DNA of 64,000 nt from contig CBFDEM010000004.1 in NCBI GenBank assembly GCA_965603825.1, positions 949,439 through 1,013,438 of the forward strand, read 5' to 3'. The DNA is from Blepharisma stoltei ATCC 30299 (taxonomy: Eukaryota > Protista > Ciliophora). This document shows, piece by piece, positions 50,773 through 61,975 of the stretch. Under the pieces are notes generated by a model, which worked only from the letters and a program-made list of their open reading frames with translations, searched no databases and was not told where the DNA came from. Position 1 is the stretch's first letter. Each line of letters begins with the position of its first letter. Both the position numbers and the translations under genes were made by a program.

Positions 50773-52575
50773 ATGAGTTTATCTCCAAATAGACACAAAA
50801 GAACAGAGACAAATATAGAAAAGAAAATCCTCCGAACCACCTTTATAACTCACGAAAATAACCTGCAAGCTTTGAATTCTGGACAAGCTAAAGCATCCCC
50901 ATCAAATTCCCAGCTATGACAGTCAAATTCTTCAGACAGTTTTAGCTCATCTCAATATTTATCCCCTCACATCTCTGCTATTAAAGGCATGGAAAACTTC
51001 TGATTTGCAATCCAGCAAGAAGAGAGCTCCGAAAGCATTTCAAACGAAATAAGCGAATTTCCTTCTTATTACGATATAATTCTCAATGCAAACCCTGGAG
51101 ATACCATAAATCTCCCAGCAGAAAAAATTATCATGAAAGAGATATTAATTGCAAAGCCAATTACAATTAAAGGCACTGCTGGGTCTGTTCTAGAAATCCA
51201 AAACGGATCTATCACTATAGATTTCGGCCAAAACCACTATAGCCAGAGCCGGGCAACTCTTTGTGAGATAAATATTATCTATACAGTCACCCCAGCCAAA
51301 ATTGAGCAGACTGAAACAAAGCAGCCTTTTGGGCTTTTTATCATAAATGGAAATAATACTACCTTAGAAGTACGTGACTGCCAAATCAAAAGCAATAATT
51401 CTATAAGAGAATCCAATGAATTTTGGATAGAAATTGAAGATGTCTGCTTTTGAGTCAATGGAAACGGTTATAAGAAAAAATACTCCCCAGAACTAGTCAG
51501 GTTTAAAAGTATCCTTTATGTAAAATCATGCAATATTTCGCATTTTCACGAAGCCCTGATTGGAGGTGTAAATAGCAGTGTTGTTATAGAAAAATCACAC
51601 ATAAGCAATATTAGAGGATCAGGCGTAAAAATGATAAATCCGAGAGAGCTTAATATTCATCAAGCAAAGTTCACAAAATGTGCAGGCTATGGGGTTGATT
51701 TAAGAATTGTCCCTTTTGCCCATGGACATAGCGGACAAAGCTCTCATTCTACCTCAACTGATTCTTTTTTAATACAGCAGATGAGGTCTATCTCGATTCA
51801 TATGACGACTTTTAAGTCATGTGGAGACAATTCTATTCATATTTGAGGAGAAATCGCTGTGAATTTTCCTGGAAGAATTACAGTAACACAATGCAAAATT
51901 ACAAATTGCAAACGCGAAGGACTTTCTGTCCAGCACATCTGTGTATCTGACTTACAAATAATCGATAACGAATTCAAAGAAAATCAGAAAACTGGTATCT
52001 GGATCCAAAAAGTCAGAAAAACTGACAAAGAATCCCTTATCATTTTGAACGGAAATATTTCTGCTGGGTCTAGCGCTGGCTACGGGGTTTATTTTTACGA
52101 CACTTCAATTACAATGAACAAATGTGAGTGCTCTGGAAATGCCTTAGGAGGCGCCATGATTGTAGCAAGAAAAGACTTTGACGGTAAAAGCATAGAATTT
52201 AAGGAATGCAGGATTTTTAAGAACGAGAAAAATGGGGTTTCAATTTTCGAATTTTATAGAGGCAAAATCAAAATGAAAGATACCCAGGTTTTTGAAAACT
52301 CTATGAGCGGAATTTGTGTGTTTCCTGAGGTAAAATTAGAGATTTTACAAGCAGAGCTGTATTTAAAAAGATGCTATGTGGGGAGAAATAAACAGTTTGG
52401 GGTCATGGCATATCAGGTGGCTTGCAATTTGGTGGGGACGATAATGGAAGAAAATACGATTGGGCCACTTTTAATCGACAAAAACGTAAAAAAGCCAGCG
52501 AAAAGAAAGCGAGAAAAGCTAGCCCATAAAATTCCAGAAAGAAAAGTTTGTAAAGGAAATTGTGGGATTTTGTAA
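50773..52575 (+). CDS. Right-handed parallel beta-helix protein with a polybasic CaaX C-terminus
   Basis: Single frame with TGA at 50917, 51001, 51451 and 51844. AKPGDTINL..ITIKG followed by NxxxGI/V repeats; ends ..KVCKGNCGIL. Confidence 0.8.
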
Positions 52576-52694
52576 TTTTGCGTGTAATTTAATGATCATT
52601 TTTGAAGGAATCCCTAATAAATTTTATGAAGCTAATTAAGCAGAAAATCGTGTTATTTTCTTATAAAAATCGTCTAGGCTCTTTAAATTTCATA

Positions 52695-53294
52695 ATGGTG
52701 AAAACCATATTCCCTATCAACCCAGAGAATGAGTCTGATGTTTTTGTTGACCCAGATGAGCACTTCAATTCTTTGCCTTACTCCTCAGAAATCCCTGACC
52801 CCGTCCCTGACGCCTTTTCTCTCAGCCCTCATCGATTTCCCTTTGCTAAATACAGGACTGCCAGAGAAAAAGCAACAATTGTTGGGATGATGGGATTTAT
52901 AATAGGATTTTTATGGTCAAGAAAGCACTCTTATTTTGCTTATGGAAACACTGCTACAAGAACCAGAACTTTGATATACCAAACTTTCTGGGGACTTTTA
53001 CTAGGATCAGCAGGGATAATTGTATTGGCTTATAATGATATAGCTTTTAGTCCATATGTTGGCGGTAGAAGAAGGGCTATGTTTCGAGAAGAGGCATTGA
53101 GGCATGCTTTGGACGCAAAGTTTAAGCTTTATGAAAATTTAGACAAAATTATGCATTCAAGAAAAAAGATCCTCAAGCAAGAATTTTATGAATCTTTTGC
53201 ACCTTTGATTGAGCAGAATCAGATATTAAATCAAAAAATAGCGGAAGAGATGTATAAGGAGAAAAAGTTAGCTTATTATATTAATCAAAAATAG
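52695..53294 (+). CDS. Uncharacterised 2-TM protein
   Basis: ATG at 52695, two hydrophobic helices, coiled-coil tail, stop TAG. Confidence 0.65.
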   Translation: MVKTIFPINPENESDVFVDPDEHFNSLPYSSEIPDPVPDAFSLSPHRFPFAKYRTAREKATIVGMMGFIIGFLWSRKHSYFAYGNTATRTRTLIYQTFWGLLLGSAGIIVLAYNDIAFSPYVGGRRRAMFREEALRHALDAKFKLYENLDKIMHSRKKILKQEFYESFAPLIEQNQILNQKIAEEMYKEKKLAYYINQK

Positions 53295-54016
53295 TGTTAT
53301 CTAGATGAAGGTAAATTTATAAATATTTTAACATATTTATGTAAGCAAAATAAAATATATGTGCTTTTTAGTTAAGTTATTTAATTTAGTCATACTTAGA
53401 AGATAAAAATAGACTTTTATTAAGAAAGCCCTATATCTTCTTATCGATATTTCCTTGATAAGAATTTAAGAATTACTTCTTTTTGCCAAAAAGACAAGAG
53501 ATAAAAATTACACCCTTTTTAATAGAAAACATTATTGATTGAAACACTAATTTTTATAAAATTTATTTTAGCCTGATATAATAGGAAAAATGCAAGAAGA
53601 AAAATCTTCCTTCACAATCCTGGGCTAGTTATGCCAATGCTTCTTGCTGAGACTTACTGCTGTAAATCCCATCTAATAGACATCTTAAATTGCCCAACAG
53701 AAACCATATCGTTGACTCGATTCTTATAGAATCTTGTGAGTGAATCAAAGATGGAATTCTTGGATTTCTTGCATTAATACCTTGGCTAGTAAACAAATAT
53801 TTGGGAAAATTCTGCTTTTGGAAAAATTAACCCGCTCTTAAAATTATTTAATATAATTTTTTCTGGAAATTAATTAATTGGCAACATTCACTATCAAAGC
53901 ATGGGCTAGTACATGCTCATCATTCCATAGAGATCGACAGACTGCATTTATTCTAATTTTACTAAATCAGACTACAGTGATGATTAAACTAATAATATAA
54001 ACACATATATAATTGA

Positions 54017-56158
54017 TTACAAGAGATAACGAGATATCTTGCTTATCAATTCATCAGAATTGCATGGCTTTGATATGCATTCTTTCATCCCCGCATCTAT
54101 GCACACCTTCACATCCTGCCCAGAGGTGAACGCAGAGTATCCAATTATTGAAGGCAAATTTTTAATTTTACCCTGAGAATGCAATTCATAAATTATCTTG
54201 GTCGCTTCCCAGCCATTAAGTTCAGGCATACTTCCATCCATAATTACTAATTTGTATGGCTTTCTCTTATTATCCATAATTTTTACATATTCAACAGCTT
54301 GGCTGCCAGTGCAAGCTTCATGATAAGATATTTTGTTACTAGTAAGAATAGACCCAAGTACAATTCTATTAAATTCATTATCATCCACGATCAATATATT
54401 TGGGTAACTTTGACTAATGACTGTGGTAAAGTCCTTTATTTTGATTAGAGAATAATTTTCGTCAACGTTGTCGCAGATATTTTCATCGTAGAACGTATCA
54501 TTTGGAAAATTTCCTTCAGAAATATCAATAGAGAAACTAAATGATGAGCCTTGGTTAGGTTTTGATTCAGCTTCAATATGATTGGAGCCCAATTCTTGAG
54601 CAATTATATTAGATATAAATAGTCCAAGCCCACAGCCTGTAGGATTTAAAGTTTTGTTGTGAGTGCTGAATTCTCTAAACAAATCCTTCAACTTATTTGC
54701 TTTCATTCCAATTCCGGTATCCTCTACAATAACTTTCAATTGTCCATTAGGGCATGCAAGGCAAATTATTTCAATAAAGCCTGATAATGTAAATTTTAGG
54801 GCATTGCTAAGCAAATTAAGAAGAACCTGATTAAACCTAAGTGCATCTGTACAAATATAAGCAGGTAATCCAGGATCTATCCTTACAAAAAGTCCTAAGT
54901 CTTTCTTTTCTAGTTGAAGTTTAATTAGCTGAACTGAGCTATTAATTGCGTCTCTTAATGAGAATGTTGACTTTTGAATACTAAATACTCCAGCCAAAAT
55001 TTTCGAAAAATCCAGCAAATCATTTATGAGGCTTAATAGAAGCCTCGAAGAAATCATTGCAATGCTTAGTTTTTCGCTTCATTCTTGATTTTTCTTGATT
55101 TCGGGTTCCTCTTTTAATGATTCAACTAATACTGATATTGCGTTAATGGGAGTTCTCAGCTCATGTGATACAGTTCTCAAAATTATAGTTTTGAAATTAT
55201 TGTCAGAAACTGATTTTTCCAACTGAATAATATTATTAACATTTCTCAGAGTTAGCAAAATTGCCTCCTGGCTATTTCACAACACCTTTTGGCCTTTCCA
55301 TTCTAAATTATAGCTGTTCACTTCGGTGATACCGAGAAGTTTTTCTTCATTTATTTGTAAATTATTGATAGAAATGATATCGTCAATTAATTTATTTGAA
55401 TTTGAATTTGAATAATTTTTCCCTTTGCAATACTCGATTGTAGATATAACATTAGTCACATTATTTACATCGCAATTCAAAAACTTTATTAAGTTTTCAT
55501 TAGAGTACAAAATTTTTTTGCATTGGGAAATTATCAAAATTCCATCAGGAAAAAGCTTTAAAATAAGCTCAATCCTCTGCTCTGCATTTTCTATATTCTT
55601 TCTGTACAAAAATTTTCCATAAGATTTTTCTTTCATGCTTTGCCAACTTAATTCTGCCAACAGAAAAATTAAAAATCAGACCATTAAGGGAAGGCCCGAA
55701 AAAACTAAAAAATCGAAGTCTTTTGAAAGCTCAGTTCAATTAAAAATAACCAAACTTTTAATCAATAGAAAATTTCGCGCTCAAAATGATTCTAGAAATG
55801 GTCATTCACATAAAATCACTGAAGCAAATGAAAGTGTTGCTAGAAGTGTCCTCATTTGCTGGATTTCTATCGTGCTCATTGAGTATCAAATGCAGATATT
55901 AGTCTCTGAGATCAAAATTGCAACAGCAGATTTTATATTCATATTCTTATTCTCCATCTGCCAAATAATGATGCATTCAGCTATTTGGGTTAAATTATAT
56001 GGAATGAATTCTATCAAAATCTCAATGTTAGTGAGCATGCAAATGTCCACAGCATGAAAAAATATGACAATGCCCATAATAATGTAAGTAAATTTTTTTA
56101 TAATCTGATATTTCTCGTTGACTTCTTCTTCCCATCATAAATTCTTCAGGATTTCCAT
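54017..56158 (-). CDS. Membrane hybrid histidine kinase (multi-TM, PAS-like, HisKA, HATPase, REC)
   Basis: One frame from ATG 56158 with about 8 TGA=Trp codons. H box VSHELRTPINA, QVLLNLLSNALKFT, DTGIG, GCGLGL, REC ILIVDD..MDGSMP..KP. Confidence 0.92.
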
Positions 56159-58304
56159 TTTGTTACCTATTGAAGAATTAATAAAAAACAGATGATATTG
56201 AATAATACATGAGTTAGGTTTTAATATTGATTCTAGTATTTAATTAAAAAATAATTTTATTAATTATCAGTTATTTTATTAAGGTGTTAAGCACTGTTAA
56301 AATGTGGATCGGCAATATTTCATAATAAAAAACTGCTCGAAGATTAAAATATCGCATAATTAATGGAAATTAGTCTTTAATGTTTGTGGATTCGTACCAG
56401 ACTTGCGCTTATAATGATATTCCAAAAAGATCGAGTAAGAATTTATGATCTTGAAATTTAAAATTGTTTCAATTATTTTGTTCAATAATTATTATTGATT
56501 GATTGATTGCCAAATTAAATTTAATAAATCCTTTGTAGGTATTTGATGGACTTGATATGTGCCTTGAAATCTTCTAAAAGCCTCAAGTCTCTATAATGAC
56601 TTCAGTAATTCAGCAAAAGTTAAAATAAATCTCCTCTAAGCCACAATATTTAAGCCATTTCTTTAATAGTTTCAGAGACTTCTTGAGAAAAGCCACCATT
56701 TTCTTCAACCCAAATTCTTCTCCGATTTTTCTGATCTTATGGAGAACCATTATGAAATGGCTTCATTTTGCATCCATAGCACTTAGTCTTGTTCCAGCTA
56801 GCTCTTTTTGAATTATTTTATGGATTTGATGCACAAAATGCCAGATGCTTCTACACTAGCCATTTTGCATAAAATTATGGATCAGAAGTATATCTCACTT
56901 CTCCACTTACTTTGCTTCTTAAATTAATATTTTATTTTTATATAACATTTTAGGATAAGTGTAGGCTATCCTTTTCCACCGTTTTAAATTATTGTTTGAA
57001 TTATTTTCGTAAATAGATCACCATAAATTTTTATTGGTAAACTCTAAATTAAAAAACTAATTGAGAAAGTTAATTTTGAGCTTTATTTTCATATTATGAA
57101 TCTATTTAGTCTAAAATTTAATTTTGAAACCACAATAAAATGTTAGGATTAATATTTTAATTTGTTTAGATAAGCATGATTAAGCATAGTATTATTAAGC
57201 AGCCAAGATATAATTTACTTAATATTATTTAATAGTGTTAAGTACTCTTAGACGTTTAAAATTCTCTATTTAATTATAAGTAGGGAAATCTGACAAACTC
57301 AAGACAAATGCAAAATTTTAACATTAATTATTTTCTTTTATAATATTTCTTGTTTATTTAGATTATAAAAAGTTTTCTTAATTGAAGCGCTTCTTATTAA
57401 AGTATATTTACCAAGTTAAGTAAAATAGACTGTCAATAGAGATGAAAAATGCATATTGGCTTTATCAAAATAGCAAGAATTCTTAAAAATATCTATTTCA
57501 ATAGACCTGTCCATTGCTTTGGAGGATAAGGCTACTTTAGACACAATTCAAATTTATCTAATAGGCTTGATCTTGACAAAAATCGATAAATAAAACTTCG
57601 TAATCGCCACCGGACATATTACTGCTCCAATAGTATAATAGTTAATGGGAATATTTTGATTTCTAGAAGGATAAGTATAAATCTTAGGCTTTATTCAACT
57701 GAAATTAACTCTTTCTCCATAAATTTATGAGAAATGCAACAAAGCTCCTAAAAAGGGTAGATAGGATAGATTTGATTTATTACTGTTATTGTGAATTATG
57801 CTATGAAAGCTAAGTTGGAAATCTGCATTATAAAAAAAAATAGAAAAGTTAACACTCATTAGGATTGCATCTCATGTTTCATGTTGATACAATAAAGGAG
57901 AAATATATATACCAATTATCTCTTATAATGCTTATGATTTTTTAAGCTTAATGTAGACAAATAATGAAATTTTGCAGTGCTATTAAAATTTCACTTCTGA
58001 AAAATTATCATAGATACTAACTATCAAGCAAGCTTGTATCAACTAATTCATAAAAAATCTTATTTGAGGTACAATCAATTAGTGCACATGTGCACTACCA
58101 CATTATTTTTATGGTTTTCTGTGGCAATTTCTGCACCAAATTAAAATCCATTCACGAGAAATAAACCAGTTTAGAACTATAAAACAAATTAAAATAAGTA
58201 CTAAGAACATAAAATATAATAGAACTGTTAGGATTATAATTTTTACCTGGGGAAATAAACTTTAACTAAGAAAAGAAATAATAGCTTATTATGATTCTAT
58301 AATT

Positions 58305-59600
58305 ATGTCCGGAAGATGCTTCAAAGATGGTTGTACAAACCAGCTTTATGGGATGTGTGAATGCGAAGGCATTACCTTATTTTGCAAAGATCATGGTTTT
58401 GAGCACTTAGGAAAACCAACTTCTAAAGGTCATCGATACCTACAACTATGCTTTAAGCCAGCAGAAGAAATTAAGCAGCCAATTATTGCTAAACTAATAG
58501 CACTCAAAGAAGATATCAAAAACTACAAAATTGACGCACTTATCAACGCAAATACAATTATCAAGAATTTTAAAACTACGCTTGGAAGATATATTGATCA
58601 GATTAATGAAGTAGAAGCAAGAATCAATAAGATGCTTACAATTTTATATAGTGGAGAAGAGGTTCTTGACATTGCTAAAGATGATGATATGGAAAGTGTG
58701 CTTAAATTAAATGCTTCAGATGCCCAGTGGAAGATGAATGTATGAGATATAAAAGAGTGTTGCCTAGACTATAAAGATATTAATGCAGCAATTAGTAAAA
58801 CTTATTGAATACCTTTTAATCCTTTTATGCAACCTATAGAAGATATCATTGAATGAAATGAACTCTCATTTTTTAGGCATAATAGTTCAAATTTTGCAAC
58901 TATAAACTTAGATACCTTCCAGATTTCTTCTACTACAACTCTTCCAACTCAAGAATCAATTAACGGATACACTACAAGCTGTATACTTCCTGATTATACT
59001 TATTTCTATTGTTGCAATAATAACACTAGTTCAGGCTTAGTGTTTACTATTGACAAAAATAAAAATGTTAAATATCTCCAAAATTCAAAAGTAAATCATT
59101 ATACTCATCCTATCTTTTATAATAACTTCATCTATTTAATTGGAGGAAGAAATAACTTGGCTGAAAGGTATGATTTTAAACGAAACGTGTGGGAAAGCAT
59201 GGCTCCACTACCTCAAGGTTTGAATTTTACTTATGGTTGCAATGCTTTATATAGAGATTTGATTCTTATAACGAGCTATTATATTCAAAAAATTATAATT
59301 TATAGCATAACTCAAAACAACTACCAAGAAGTCCCCAATTTGCTGTTAAATGCGAGTTATAAACTTATGCTGAGAGGGAATAAAAGAGTTTATTTATTTG
59401 AGAAAGGGGGAAGGACTTTTGAAAGTGCTGAAAACAATGTTTTTAGTTGGACTCAAATAGGGACTAATAGCAACACAGGAGATTTAAATCAATCAAGTGC
59501 TGTTCGCTATAAGGGTTGCCTTTACTTCGTTGTTTATCCAAATCAGCTGTGGAAATTCGATCTTAGTTCTAAGCAAGCATCTCAAGTAGCAACAGTCTAA
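58305..59600 (+). CDS. B-box-like Zn finger + coiled coil + Kelch-type beta-propeller protein
   Basis: CFKDGC..CECEG..FCKDHGFEH; TGA=Trp at 58743, 58806 and 58854; IYLIGG..AERYD..WESMAPLP. Confidence 0.82.
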
Positions 59601-60442
59601 AATAAAAATTTAGAACTTTAATAACTCTCTATACTCTTAAATAAAATGGTAGCGCAGTTAATCTATTCTCACTATAGGTTTAGAATTTAGCTAACTTACT
59701 CCTAAAAAGCATAATATAAATAAAATTTTGGTATCATTTATAAATTTGCTTAGGCATGTCCTGAATTAGAAGACTAATGTTGCGCAGGGAAAGTGTCCAT
59801 GAAGTCTATCAGCTCTTATATCAGCTAGGTTTTAACACCAGAAAATTTATGTCAAGTTTAGGGTATGACAAAGTTACCACTTTTCTCATTACATAACGCC
59901 AAGCCTGAAGATGGCAGCAGGTAGCTGGTGGAGAAGAGCGGAGAAAATTACCTTCGGGGAATCACAGGAGCTTTTCAAATAATCTTAATTAATTTTAATA
60001 GACCCTCTTCGCTACTACACTTAAAAACATAAACAAATAATCTTGCCTAACCTCGAAGTAGTCCAAATATTCAAGCTATCCCACTCGATTATGATAACGA
60101 ATTCAGACAATTCTGCAGCATGGTCATCTTCAAAAGGGTGTGAGATAGTAAGAAAATACATAATTAATAAATAGCAAGTACAAGCCTTTTTCTGATACAT
60201 CTATAAATAATGTGAGGGAAAAGCACAATCATCAAAAATAGTTGATTGATTATCTCTATTTATTTAAATAAATATCCAATTTAAAATTATTGACTAAAAC
60301 AAATTGTTGTTGTTGTTAGCTAAACGAATAATCATTTCTCCCTTTATGCAATTCTAATATTTTTATTTAATTTACTCTAAAATAAAAATAGCTAATTCTT
60401 CATTTCAGCTTCTCTTTTAATTTATAAAAATTATGATTTGAG

Positions 60443-61123
60443 TTAAAAAAACTCAAAAATCGCATCATTTGGATGAGTTCTAATAGCTTCTATATACTTA
60501 CTTAATGCTGAGTCTAAATTCTCCCCTTCCTTCTCAAAATTCATATAAGTGGTTTTCAATTCAAAACGCACCTCTTGTGAAATAACTTTGGGTTTTTCTT
60601 TGTGAAAGCTCTCGATAATAGCATCAATTTGTTTTCTTTTTTCACAAAACAACCTAATATTATTACTTGATATGACTGTAAAAATTGCTTTAGCTTTTTC
60701 AATAGCTTCATTTGACTGCAAAACCAACAAATTTAAAGTTGGATCTTGCTCTATTCTCGATAATTTTTGTGGTTGCCTAATTTTTTCGACATAGCTGCCA
60801 ATTTTCGTAGAATCAGAATCGATTTCTTTTAGAACTTGCTCTAAAATGTTTTCATAACTACAAAGAGTTTGAGTAAAGGAAGCGATTATATTTGCCCTCA
60901 TTTCTTCAATTTTTGACTTTTCTTCTGCAAGAAAACTAAGGATTGCTTCTTTTGTGCCTTCAACAGGCTCTACAAAAATTGAGCTGATATTATGTGGATT
61001 GCTGCTAGATCCGCAATGGTTCCCTATATGTTTTTTGCAAAAATAAGTGGCAGGTGAGGCACATTCGCATAAAAATTCAACTTCACGTTTGCACTTTGGC
61101 TCAAAGCATCTCATGGTGCTCAT
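60443..61123 (-). CDS. B-box-like Zn finger + coiled-coil protein ending inside its first TPR repeat (possibly truncated)
   Basis: CFEPKC..CECAS..FCKKHIGNH; ends ..LDSALSKYIEAIRTHPNDAIFEFF*. Confidence 0.65.
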   Translation of the reverse strand: MSTMRCFEPKCKREVEFLCECASPATYFCKKHIGNHCGSSSNPHNISSIFVEPVEGTKEAILSFLAEEKSKIEEMRANIIASFTQTLCSYENILEQVLKEIDSDSTKIGSYVEKIRQPQKLSRIEQDPTLNLLVLQSNEAIEKAKAIFTVISSNNIRLFCEKRKQIDAIIESFHKEKPKVISQEVRFELKTTYMNFEKEGENLDSALSKYIEAIRTHPNDAIFEFF

Positions 61124-61494
61124 TTTTACAATTATATTACAATTAATTTTGCATCTAAGCTACCTACTCAAAAAGCAAGAGGAGATCTTAAAACCCCTTC
61201 AGAGGATATAATTTGTTGTGCAATTCAATGAATAAAATTCTTTAGTAGTCATACAATTGGATTCTGATCTAACTTTGATAATTTTTGAGTTTAAAATTTT
61301 TTTGTAAAATAGTCGCTTAGTTCATCTGAGCCTGATTCCGAAAACTCTTCAACACCATTCCTTGATTCAACTAAACGTTGGCTAAAGGATGCTAGGACTT
61401 TTCCCTTCAACTTGCTATTTTTTAACTGCTCTTTTGTAAAAAACCTAAGATATATAATTATTATAATAACAACTTATTAAGACCAAATTTTATT

Positions 61495-61920
61495 TTAAAT
61501 CTGCATTTTTTGGAGTAGTTCAATACGGTCTTGGCCTAATACGTCGTTAATAAAATTGATCTCTTTTTCAGAAAGGTTCCATTCATCCCCAGTGAAAACA
61601 CCACTTTCTTGATTTTCTTGCATCAAATTATAAGCCGTATTAAAGTCCTGCAAAGCTGCTTCTTCTTGTCTGAGATTATTAAATACTCTTGCTCGGCTGC
61701 AGAAATGCAAAGGATTGTTGGGTTCAAGTTTGATTGCCTTATCATAGCATTGTACTGCTTCTTGAAATCTCTCTAAAACAAAAAATTTATTGCCTTTACC
61801 ATTATAAAACTTGGCATTATTTGGACTGATTTTGATTGCTTTATCATAGCTTTCTACTGCTTCTAGATATCTTCCTAATACACCTAAAGCATCTCTTTTA
61901 TTATAGTTAAAAAATTTCAT
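61495..61920 (-). pseudogene. TPR-repeat C-terminal fragment adjacent to the telomere
   Basis: Begins mid-TPR, then GRYLEAVESYDKAIKISPNNAKFYNGKG..EAVQCYDKAIKLEPNN. Only ~55 bp of AT-rich DNA lie upstream before the telomere. Confidence 0.6.
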
Positions 61921-61975
61921 GGAATACTGTAAGGGAAACGAGTTAATTTAATTTAATTTAGCATGCTAATTTATT

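Noticed and set aside
274-51846. Apparent pseudogenes or selenoproteins with in-frame TGA
   Set aside because: TGA aligns to conserved Trp, not Cys/Sec, and frames are otherwise intact. This reflects the genetic code.
54017-56158. Histidine kinase as bacterial contamination or recent HGT
   Set aside because: It uses UGA=Trp and host-like composition on a telomere-capped contig, and hybrid histidine kinases are common in ciliates.
56570-56870. Minus-strand ORF-like segment in the subtelomere
   Set aside because: It is bounded by TAG codons and has no recognisable domain. At most it is pseudogene debris.
59880-59980. GC-rich island as a possible ncRNA
   Set aside because: No convincing stem structure, Pol III boxes or snRNA/snoRNA motifs were seen.
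1-61975. Transposons, retained IESs or viral insertions
   Set aside because: No transposase, RT or integrase motifs and no long terminal inverted repeats were recognised. Retained IESs cannot be called without read data.
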